Positions 17,791 through 25,151 of a DNA stretch of 32,000 bases are shown here, piece by piece (position 1 is the stretch's first letter; every line of letters begins with the position of its first letter). A model generated the notes under the pieces. That model searched no databases. It saw only the letters and a program-made list of their open reading frames with translations, and was not told the DNA's origin. A program made the position numbers and the translations under genes. The DNA is from Thermoproteus tenax Kra 1 (GTDB lineage: Archaea; Thermoproteota; Thermoprotei; Thermoproteales; Thermoproteaceae). Location: contig NC_016070.1 in assembly GCF_000253055.1 (NCBI RefSeq), positions 1,230,001 through 1,262,000 on the forward strand, read 5' to 3'.

Positions 17791-19211
17791 TGGAGTCTCT
17801 AGACCCAATACTGGAGCGCCTTATTACTATCAAGAGGCCCAGCAGACCTCTCCCCCTCTCGACGCGTTTGATGTGGACTGCTCTGGCAGCCCTCGTCTAC
17901 ATCGTTATGACCATCACGCCCCTATGGGGGATCCCGCGGGTCCAGCCCTCGGGCCCCCTCTATAATATTTTCTACAACCCTCTGGTCTCAACTATATTCG
18001 GCACAACCTACGGCACGTGGGCGCAGCTGGGGATAGGACCCATAGTTGTGGCTGGCATAGTGTTGGAGATCCTGCAGTTCTCGGGCCTCCTGCCCTTCGA
18101 CCTTGAGGACAAAAAAGATAGGCTGAGGTTCTCCGCCTTCCAGAAGCTCCTCGCCCTTATAATGGCCGCTGGGGAGACCGCCGCAAGCATAGCCATGGGC
18201 GCCTTCGGGCACCTGACGCCTCTGCAAGCTCTCGCCGTCTTTATCCAGCTGATCGCGGCCACTCAGATAGTGATCCTCCTAGACGACATGATAGCGAAAG
18301 GGTGGGGCTTCGGCGGAAGCGCCATAAACCTCGTGATACTCCTCTCGGTCACTAGGACCTTCTTCGTAGACCTCTTCTCTTGGAACCTTCCGTCAGTGCC
18401 GGGCGTAAATGCGGCAGACTATCCCGCAATGCAACTACCGTTGGGCTTCCTGCCCGCGCTCGCCGTGGCTATATACAACACGATACACGGCGCGGCTCCC
18501 AGCATAGCGGACCTCGTCTTCAGACAGTTGCCGCCGCCCTACGGCACCTCGTTGCCCGATATAGTCAGCTTTGCGGCCACGCTGGCCTTAGCATATGTGA
18601 TCGTTTATATTGAGCAGATGCATGTGAACATACCGGCGGCCTACACGCAGTACTGGGGCATCAGAATAAACATACCTCTGCGCTTTATGTACGTCTCAGT
18701 AATACCCATAATATTCACGGCATACTCGTTGATCTTAGCCGAACAGATAGTGGCCGGGTTTGCTACGTTGACCGGCGGAATCTCGCCGGCGTTGGCCCTA
18801 TTGTTGACGGCAATGATGCCGGCCCGTATCTTGAGCCCGGACTACATCGTGTTGCACATACTGCTGTACGCCGCCTTAGCCACCGTCTTCGCATGGCTGT
18901 GGGGCCAGATCGGCGGCATTGGGCCCGATGAATACGCGAAGAACTTAGTGGAGTCCGGCCTCCACGTGCCGGGCTTTAGACAGAGCGAAAAGATAGTGGC
19001 CCGCGTTCTGAGAAGGCCCATCAATACTCTGATACTCCTCAGCGGCATGATCGCAGGCACTCTGGCCGCGCTCGGCGATATCTTCGGCGTATGGGGGTCG
19101 GGGATTGGGCTGATACTCTTGGTGGAGATAGGGCTGGGCTACTACATGCAGATACTGCAGGAGGGCTTGATGGAGGTGTATCCAGGCCTTAGGAGAGTGA
19201 TAGGTCAGTAG
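17790..19211 (+). CDS. secY: Preprotein translocase subunit SecY
   Basis: 473 aa polytopic membrane protein; YNPLVSTIFGTTYGTWAQLGIGPIVVAGIVLEILQFSGLLPFD; YAKNLVESGLHVPGFRQSEKIVARVLRRPINTL. Confidence 0.96.
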   Translation: MESLDPILERLITIKRPSRPLPLSTRLMWTALAALVYIVMTITPLWGIPRVQPSGPLYNIFYNPLVSTIFGTTYGTWAQLGIGPIVVAGIVLEILQFSGLLPFDLEDKKDRLRFSAFQKLLALIMAAGETAASIAMGAFGHLTPLQALAVFIQLIAATQIVILLDDMIAKGWGFGGSAINLVILLSVTRTFFVDLFSWNLPSVPGVNAADYPAMQLPLGFLPALAVAIYNTIHGAAPSIADLVFRQLPPPYGTSLPDIVSFAATLALAYVIVYIEQMHVNIPAAYTQYWGIRINIPLRFMYVSVIPIIFTAYSLILAEQIVAGFATLTGGISPALALLLTAMMPARILSPDYIVLHILLYAALATVFAWLWGQIGGIGPDEYAKNLVESGLHVPGFRQSEKIVARVLRRPINTLILLSGMIAGTLAALGDIFGVWGSGIGLILLVEIGLGYYMQILQEGLMEVYPGLRRVIGQ

Positions 19212-19239
19212 CTGCGTCCCGTGAAGACTTGTGACCTCC

Positions 19240-20052
19240 CTACTTCAAGAGGTGGAGGGGCTTTCCTGCGCTACACCTTTCGGCGTAGTTCAGAAGAGCG
19301 AGGACGATGAACATGGCCTCCTCCGTCCTGATGGTCTCTGTGCCCTGCTTCGGCGCGAAGTTTAGGAACAAGCCTCTGAGCTCCACGCCCTCCCTCTTCA
19401 TTATCTCGTCCACGCCCGCCCTGGGCCCCCCGAAGACCACTAGAGTCTTCCCCTCGGGTCTGGGCAATATCTCGCACACCGACCTCCCCTCTTTGCCCGT
19501 TAGAATCACATAGTCGTAGCCGTCGGCAAGCTCTCTGAGGCCCTTCACCTCGACCTTATATCCCCAGTAGTCCGGGGGGTTTTTCAACACCACGCCTCTG
19601 AAGACGTCTTTATCCCTCTGGGCCTCCAATTTGACGATTAGGCGGCTTCCCACGGGGTACGGCTTGGGCACCTTCGCCCACTTGCCTGCGCCGATGTAGA
19701 CCATGGAGTAGTACCCGTCCCACCTCTCCACTATCCCCTCAACTACGTCGCCCACGGCTGGGCTTCTCGGCGCAAGGTGGCTAGGTATCTTCAGCGGCGG
19801 CAACAGGCCGGCCAGCCTCAGCCTTTTGTCCAGTCTGAAGACCTTCCGTCTCAGATGAGGGGGCGTGGCCGCGTACTCCAAGAGCAGTCTCATCTCCTCC
19901 ACCCCCTCGTGGTCAACGTCGCCGTAGGTATATATTATAATCTTTTCAACTCTGAAAATGGCGGCAGCGCGCGCTATGTAGCCCAACTTCCTCACTTTGC
20001 TCTCCTCGTCGGGCGCCTCGCTTAAAACATCGTGCGGGATTGCGACGTCCAC
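19240..20052 (-). CDS. SPOUT-superfamily RNA methyltransferase (DUF171 / C9orf114-like)
   Basis: MDVAIPHDVLSEAPDEESKVRKLGYIARAAAIFRVEKIIIYT; central OB-like insertion; LVVFGGPRAGVDEIM; C-terminal NFAPKQGTETIRTEEAMFIVLALLNY. Confidence 0.85.
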   Translation of the reverse strand: MDVAIPHDVLSEAPDEESKVRKLGYIARAAAIFRVEKIIIYTYGDVDHEGVEEMRLLLEYAATPPHLRRKVFRLDKRLRLAGLLPPLKIPSHLAPRSPAVGDVVEGIVERWDGYYSMVYIGAGKWAKVPKPYPVGSRLIVKLEAQRDKDVFRGVVLKNPPDYWGYKVEVKGLRELADGYDYVILTGKEGRSVCEILPRPEGKTLVVFGGPRAGVDEIMKREGVELRGLFLNFAPKQGTETIRTEEAMFIVLALLNYAERCSAGKPLHLLK

Positions 20053-20122
20053 GTCCGAGCCTCAGCCCAAGTTAAAATATTCAATTGGCTAAATGGATAT
20101 ATAGAGGGGCCTCCGCGCGCCC

Positions 20123-20574
20123 ATGGGCCGTGGAGCTTGGCTGGCCTTGCTCCTGGCTTTTTCCGTGGGAGGACTCATATCGTCCTGCCTAGTCCTCTAT
20201 ATGTGGTACATCTTGGGACACATGCCGCCCGGCTGCTATCTGCCTGAGACAATTCTCCCCGGCGTCACCGTCGACTGCGTGAAGGTCTTGTCAAGCCCAT
20301 ATGCCCACGTGGGGCCCGTGCCCTTGGATGGTCTCGCCGCGGTCTGGTTCTCGGCAAATATAGCGTTGGTCCTGCTCTATTTCGCTTCGCTCAGCAGACG
20401 GATCCTCGCGACGTTGTACTACTGGCGTATTCTGGGCCTGGCCATACTGCCCTATTGGTCTACATAGAGTTCGTCGTGCTCAAGGCACTTTGCTTATATT
20501 GTACTATAATGCATGTATTTATAATAATAGATTTTATTATAATTTCTATATTTATTAAAAAAGTGAAATTTTGA
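20123..20574 (+). pseudogene. Vitamin K epoxide reductase (VKOR)-family membrane thiol oxidoreductase interrupted by an apparent -1 nt frameshift near 20456
   Basis: Frame 1 of gene (20123-20467): CVKVLSSPYAHVGPVPLDGLAAVWFSANIALVLLYF...YYWRILGLAILPYWST*. The other frame continues from 20461: YIEFVVLKALCLYCTIMHVFIIIDFIIISIFIKKVKF* (TGA 20572-20574), supplying the VKOR CxxC (CLYC). One extra T restores ...ILPYLVYIEFVVLKALCLYCTIMH.... Confidence 0.75.
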
Positions 20575-20576
20575 GT

Positions 20577-20702
20577 TTATTGTTCTTTCTTTTTCTCCTT
20601 CTTCTTGCCCTTGCTCTGCTCCTCCCCGCTTGACTCAATGCCGAGCTTCTTTGCCTCCTCCTCAGACGTCATAAACAGGCTAGTCCTCTGTCTCCCGCCC
20701 AT
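20577..20702 (-). CDS. 41-aa charged small protein with Lys/Glu-rich C-terminus
   Basis: Manual translation: MGGRQRTSLFMTSEEEAKKLGIESSGEEQSKGKKKEKKKEQ*. Minus-strand TATA-like AAAGATATAAG about 30 nt upstream; fits between the end of VKOR and the divergent gene. Confidence 0.5.
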   Translation of the reverse strand: MGGRQRTSLFMTSEEEAKKLGIESSGEEQSKGKKKEKKKEQ

Positions 20703-20781
20703 TGTTTACGCCAGCCTGTCCACACTTATATCTTTTACGATTTTAACCGTTTGGGATTTAAGCGTGCCCTATTATGACGAT

Positions 20782-20949
20782 ATGCCGCAGAAGCTGAAGT
20801 TCTACGACATAAAGGCCAAGCAGGCGTTCGAGACAGACAAATACGAGACCGTCGAGAAGAACACCGCCAGAGGCCCCATGATATTCGCGGTCGCCACTTC
20901 GCCGTACACCGGCATTAAGGTCTGGAGGCTGATCGGCAAGAAGAAATAA
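20782..20949 (+). CDS. 55-aa basic protein; candidate crenarchaeal small DNA-binding (CC1-like) protein
   Basis: MPQKLKFYDIKAKQAFETDKYETVEKNTARGPMIFAVATSPYTGIKVWRLIGKKK*. ATG 20782 downstream of an A/T-rich promoter-like region. Family name is from memory and tentative. Confidence 0.6.
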   Translation: MPQKLKFYDIKAKQAFETDKYETVEKNTARGPMIFAVATSPYTGIKVWRLIGKKK

Positions 20950-20967
20950 ACAGAGGTCGGCTACAAA

Positions 20968-21990
20968 TCATTCCTCCTTTTTTACTATTCCGAGCCTCTT
21001 GAGGTATACCTCGAGCTTGTGCTCGAGCCCGAACCTCGAGAGATCCCTCCTCAAAAGCTCCGGCAACTTCGCCTCGCTCATGGGCTCCTCTACGCCGTTT
21101 CTGTAGATAGTGAGGGGGGCTATGTCTCTATCTACAACGCCGTAAAGGTGCGAGAGAGGGCCCACGTATTTTCCCCCATATATCAATGTGCCGATCGCGG
21201 TCTTCACGAACTCGCCCACGATGGGGCCCAGCTTGCGGTAGCCCCTTCCCGCGTAGCTGGGCCTTATGAGCCCCAAGGTGTTCTTGAGATTGGACACTGT
21301 GGTGCCCGCCCCGAAGTTGACAAACGCTGAGACGTAGCTGTCGCCCAGATAGCCGTGGTGCTCCTTGTGAACAAAGGCGTCCAATATCGAGTTTTTCACC
21401 TCGTCCCTCGCCTTGACTCCAAAGTAGAGGACGGACCCAGGCCTTACGTAGGAGAAGGGCAGCGCCTCCGACTCGGGGCCCACGATGGCGGGGCCGGAGA
21501 TGTAGGTATATTCGTGGGCCTTCCCCAAAAGGACTACGTCGCCTTTGACAACGCCGCGGGCCTCCCCCCTCACGGTCTCAAAGCCGAGCGCCTTGAGTTT
21601 AGATATAGCCAGCTCCATCAGCTTCACGTTGGCCTCTACAAGGTCTGCGTAAGACTCGAGTCTGGTGCACTCCCTCAGAGGCTCTCCGCCGAGGCCCAGA
21701 TCCACTCCGGCGCACCTCAAGTTGGTGCTAGCCAATAGATACGGCGCTACGCCTACGTCCACTTTAACTACGTCGTCAGGCGGTCTCTGGAAGCGGACCT
21801 CCAGTCTGCAGAACTTGTCTAACACGAGGGGAAGGCCGAGGTCGGGCCCGTCCACGTACACAATCACCCTGTCCACTTTATCGCATAGCGCGAGAGCGGC
21901 CAGCTCTACAATTCTGAAGCCGCCCGTTATAGCCATAGGCGGAGGTATCAGAAGCTTAGGGGCCAGGTCTCCCACTATGCCCAGCTCCAC
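20968..21990 (-). CDS. GlmU/sugar nucleotidyltransferase-like protein with left-handed beta-helix domain
   Basis: ISGPAIVGPESEALPFSYVRPGSVLYFG..NSILDAFVHKEHHGYLGDSYVSAFVNFGAGTTVSNLKNTLG; YVGPLSHLYGVV. The N-terminal part lacks a clear G-x-G-x-R signature. Confidence 0.7.
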   Translation of the reverse strand: MELGIVGDLAPKLLIPPPMAITGGFRIVELAALALCDKVDRVIVYVDGPDLGLPLVLDKFCRLEVRFQRPPDDVVKVDVGVAPYLLASTNLRCAGVDLGLGGEPLRECTRLESYADLVEANVKLMELAISKLKALGFETVRGEARGVVKGDVVLLGKAHEYTYISGPAIVGPESEALPFSYVRPGSVLYFGVKARDEVKNSILDAFVHKEHHGYLGDSYVSAFVNFGAGTTVSNLKNTLGLIRPSYAGRGYRKLGPIVGEFVKTAIGTLIYGGKYVGPLSHLYGVVDRDIAPLTIYRNGVEEPMSEAKLPELLRRDLSRFGLEHKLEVYLKRLGIVKKEE

Positions 21991-22041
21991 CCGGAGTGCC
22001 TAATGAAAAACATTTAAACTTGAGCGTTCAAAGGAATCCGA

Positions 22042-22156
22042 CGGCCCGTAGCTCAGCGGTGAGAGCGCCCGGCTGTAGACAGCCCGGGGGGCGACATCTG
22101 CTTAAAAGCCCCCCGCCTATAACGGGCGGTCCCGGGTTCGAATCCCGGCGGGCCGA
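22042..22156 (+). tRNA. tRNA-Tyr (anticodon GTA) with internal intron, no encoded CCA
   Basis: Acceptor CGGCCCG/CGGGCCG, D-arm GCTC..GAGC, anticodon stem CCCGG/CCGGG after intron removal, loop CTGTAGA, T-arm CCGGG-TTCGAAT-CCCGG, C1:G72 and A73. Mature length 73 nt. Confidence 0.93.
22081..22122 (+). other. 42-nt tRNA intron, inferred between positions 39 and 40
   Basis: Only removal of 22081-22122 restores a fully paired anticodon stem (CCCGG/C+CGGG). Central GTAG/CTAT helix (22075-22078 with 22117-22120) is flanked by ACA and AAC bulges; intron hairpin GGGGGGC/GCCCCCC (22086-22092 with 22108-22114). Confidence 0.75.
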
Positions 22157-22179
22157 TTGTCTTGTCCGGCCTCTGAATC

Positions 22180-22806
22180 TCAACAACACAGCTCTTGATA
22201 TCTTTTGATAAGTCGCTCTATCTCCTCGTCTAGGTCGTCTGCGTAGATCAATCTGCCCTCAAAGACTGCCCTCTCCTCCACGCTTGGCTCCGACATGTCT
22301 AACACGCTCACTCTCTCCGGCGGCACTCCGAGCTCCGACGCGAGGTCTACCGCCAACCTAGATCTGTCCTCCAAGGATAGAGGTCTCGCCGCCCTCACCG
22401 CAATGGCGTTCAGCCCCAAGGAGTACGCCGCAGTGACTCCGGCGCTCTTGAGGGCATACCTCAGCCCCTCCCTGGTCTCTATGGGAGGATAGCGCCGCCT
22501 GAGGGACTTGAGCAGAGTCTGGGAGAGCTCCAGCGCCTCTTTGCCGATTTTATCTACGTCGATGTCGTCCCTCCTGTGTATGCTCTTGGCCGCCTTAATG
22601 ACCTCGGCCAACCTCTCCGCCTGTTCGGCGCTTAACACGCCAGCGAGCGCCAATACTCCGGGCAGCTCCTCACACCTTCTGGGCTTTGTTAAGCCCAACT
22701 CGACGACCGCTCTCGCGGCCAGCTCCATAGCTGTTCTGGCGGCCACGTATGCCCCCCACTTTCTCCCCTCTGAGAAGGCGCCGGCGATCCTCTTGATATC
22801 CTCCAT
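22180..22806 (-). CDS. HEPN-like domain fused to a degenerate MNT (minimal nucleotidyltransferase)-like domain
   Basis: N-terminal helical TAMELAARAVVELGLTKPRRCEELPGVLALAGVLSAEQAERLAEVIKAAKSIHRRDDID looks DUF86/HEPN-like; C-terminal AYSLGLNAIA..LAVDLASELGVPPERVSVLDMSEPSVEERAVFEGRLIYADD follows the MNT layout without GS...DxD. Confidence 0.55.
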   Translation of the reverse strand: MEDIKRIAGAFSEGRKWGAYVAARTAMELAARAVVELGLTKPRRCEELPGVLALAGVLSAEQAERLAEVIKAAKSIHRRDDIDVDKIGKEALELSQTLLKSLRRRYPPIETREGLRYALKSAGVTAAYSLGLNAIAVRAARPLSLEDRSRLAVDLASELGVPPERVSVLDMSEPSVEERAVFEGRLIYADDLDEEIERLIKRYQELCC

Positions 22807-22822
22807 AAAAGATTAAAAATTC

Positions 22823-24085
22823 ATGTCAATTAAGCCTATGCGCTTGCTCCTGGCAGTGTTGCTAATGGCAGCATTGGCGTTGGCGGGGTCTGTGGCCCAG
22901 CTCGGTGGGCTGAGCTTCTATGAGGTCTCGAGTATACAGGACCTTAGCTCCTATCTGGCGGCCCATCCGGGGCCCACTCTGGTCTTCGTCCACGAGGAGG
23001 GCTGTCCTGCGTGCGAATATATGATCTCCAACGTGTTCACCAACGCCGAGGTTGAGGCTGCTCTGGCTAAATTCAATCTTGTGGCCGTAGATACAACATA
23101 CGTTCCAGTCTCGTCGATACCAGTCTACCTCAACGGCTCGGTCTTCCTAGTGGAGAACGGACAGGCGGGATACTCCAAGCCGTATTTTGGCCCATATCAA
23201 GTGCCCATAATAGGAACTCCCACGACCCTAGTGGGCGACTCGGAGGGAGGCGAGCTGTACCTCAGAGGGCTCCTCCTAGGCGGTCTGCCGCCGCAAGGGT
23301 TCCTTGAGTTCTTGAACTACTCTGGGATGCTCAACGAGACTGCCCTAAATCAGCCGCAGGTCAGCGTTAGGCAGAGCCCCGGCCCCCAGCCGCTTCTTGC
23401 CCTCCCCGTGGCGTTCGCCGTGGGCGCCGCGAGCGTCTTCTCGCCGTGCGTCCTGCCGGTGTTGACCGTGGGCGCTGTGGCCACTGCGGCCAGGCGCAAC
23501 CTAGGTAGAGTCCTAGCTGGAATGGCCCTCGCCTTCAGCGCCTTTGGCGCCGGGGTCTCCGCCTTGGGTCAAGCCGTGTCCGGGGTCAAGACCGCGCTTG
23601 AGGGCATCGGCGGCTCTGTGTTGTTGTTGTTGGGCCTCGTGTTGATGGTGCCGGCGCTCGAGAGGCGCTTCGTGATCTCCATGTCCGGTCTCCAGACCCG
23701 CGCGTCCAAGATGGCTAGAGGCGCCGGCGACTTCGCTCTGGGGCTCTCGTTGGGCGCTGTGTGGACTCCTTGTATCGCGCCGTTCATGGGCGTAGCCGCC
23801 GTATCCGCTCTCATCTCCGGCAACTTCCTCGTGGGTTTCGCCATAATGATCGCATACGCATTGGGCCTCTCGTTGGCCGTATATGCGGTCCTCAAAGCTG
23901 TGTCGAAGTGGGGGAAGAGGGCGGCCGCTAGGTCTATTGGTTTAAGCAAGTGGGGGAGGAGGCTCGAGCTTATAGTCGGGGCCGTCTCCATTTTGCTGGG
24001 CATCTTGCTTCTTGGGGAGGCGCTGGGCCTCGGCACTTGGAGCGCCACCTTCGGCCAACTGGAGAGCTTGTTCCCAGGGCTCTAA
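22823..24085 (+). CDS. Secreted/membrane thioredoxin-like domain fused to CcdA/DsbD-type transmembrane protein
   Basis: Signal peptide-like N-terminus; VFVHEEGCPACEYM (CPAC), cis-Pro IIGTPTTLVG; then FAVGAASVFSPCVLPVLTVGAVA and LGAVWTPCIAPFMGVAAVSAL typical of CcdA. Confidence 0.9.
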   Translation: MSIKPMRLLLAVLLMAALALAGSVAQLGGLSFYEVSSIQDLSSYLAAHPGPTLVFVHEEGCPACEYMISNVFTNAEVEAALAKFNLVAVDTTYVPVSSIPVYLNGSVFLVENGQAGYSKPYFGPYQVPIIGTPTTLVGDSEGGELYLRGLLLGGLPPQGFLEFLNYSGMLNETALNQPQVSVRQSPGPQPLLALPVAFAVGAASVFSPCVLPVLTVGAVATAARRNLGRVLAGMALAFSAFGAGVSALGQAVSGVKTALEGIGGSVLLLLGLVLMVPALERRFVISMSGLQTRASKMARGAGDFALGLSLGAVWTPCIAPFMGVAAVSALISGNFLVGFAIMIAYALGLSLAVYAVLKAVSKWGKRAAARSIGLSKWGRRLELIVGAVSILLGILLLGEALGLGTWSATFGQLESLFPGL

Positions 24086-24115
24086 AACTTTAAAAGAGGG
24101 AACTAACAAGCGCTC

Positions 24116-24703
24116 GTGCGCGTCCCCTACGCCGGAGAGACTATAGAGGTGCCCCAGGGAGTTACGGCTAAGGTAGAGAAGATAGGCGACTTCGACTACA
24201 AAATATCTGTGAAGGGGCCGTTGGGCGCCCTCGAGAAGGTCTACCGCAATATACCTGTCTCAATTACGGCGGCCGAGAACAAAATAATACTGGAGGTCCA
24301 CGGAGCTAGGAAGAGGGAGTACGCAATAATGGGGGCTATAAAGGGGGAATTGAAAAATATGTTCCTAGGGGTTACTAGAGGGTGGCGCTACAAGCTGAAG
24401 ATAATATATACGCACTTCCCCATGCTCGTCAAAATACAGGGTAGCCAGATAAGCATTGAGAATTTCCTCGGAAGAAAGTCCAAGGTGGTCCTGGAGATCC
24501 CGAAGGGCGTGAAGGTTCAGCTACAGGGCAAGGAGGACATAGTAGTTGAGGGAGTTGACAAGGAGCTCGTGGGCCAGTTCGCAGCCAACCTCCAGAGGGC
24601 CGTCGAGCTTCATGGAGATGAAAAGCCTGCGCCCCACGGCCGCGAGGGCGGCCTCGGCGTAGTCGACGGTATTTACGTATATGGAGTCGAACACATCAAA
24701 TGA
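24116..24703 (+). CDS. rpl6: 50S ribosomal protein L6 (uL6)
   Basis: KIGDFDYKISVKGPLG, FLGRKSKVVLEIPKGVKVQLQGKEDIVVEGVDKELVGQFAANLQRA, VVDGIYVYGVEHIK. Confidence 0.94.
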   Translation: MRVPYAGETIEVPQGVTAKVEKIGDFDYKISVKGPLGALEKVYRNIPVSITAAENKIILEVHGARKREYAIMGAIKGELKNMFLGVTRGWRYKLKIIYTHFPMLVKIQGSQISIENFLGRKSKVVLEIPKGVKVQLQGKEDIVVEGVDKELVGQFAANLQRAVELHGDEKPAPHGREGGLGVVDGIYVYGVEHIK

Positions 24704-25121
24704 GCTCGAGCTCATTCTGAGGAAGAAGGCAGCTGAGCTTCTGGCCAGAAGGGGAAGGGGGGACTGTTGTACAACGCGGTACCCTGTGGCCTACGAGGTG
24801 CAGAGCCTAGAGGAGCTCAACAGAGCCGTGAAAAGCTGTAGGATCTCGTTCGTTATGTTCTTCGGCAGAGTGTGTCCATACTGTAGGGCCTTCGATCCTA
24901 TATTTAGACACGTGGGATCTAAATACCAAGAAGTGGCTAACTTCGTCAAGGCTGAAGTAGAGCGGTTCGCCTTCACGGCCGCCGCCTTGGGCATAATGGG
25001 GACTCCTACGACATTCGCCTTCGTCGACGGAGCGCCAGCAGACGCCCTGCCCGGCTTCGCGATAGCGCCTGTGTTTGAGGAGTTCGTACAACGCCATCTA
25101 CAGAGGGCCCGCTGTGCCTAA
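24681..25121 (+). CDS. Thioredoxin-like protein
   Basis: SFVMFFGRVCPYCRAFDPIFRHVGSKY (CPYC) and IMGTPTTFAFVDG (cis-Pro). Overlaps the end of rpl6 if the first ATG is used. Confidence 0.85.
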   Translation: MESNTSNELELILRKKAAELLARRGRGDCCTTRYPVAYEVQSLEELNRAVKSCRISFVMFFGRVCPYCRAFDPIFRHVGSKYQEVANFVKAEVERFAFTAAALGIMGTPTTFAFVDGAPADALPGFAIAPVFEEFVQRHLQRARCA

Positions 25122-25151
25122 ACTGTTTTAAAGGGGAATCTTGCCCTCAAT

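Noticed and set aside
21996-22208. 70-aa plus-strand ORF across the tRNA-Tyr gene
   Set aside because: It overlaps a convincing intron-containing tRNA and has no protein-like signature.
23569-24048. 159-aa minus-strand ORF opposite ccdA
   Set aside because: Antisense shadow of a clear CcdA transmembrane domain; no independent support.
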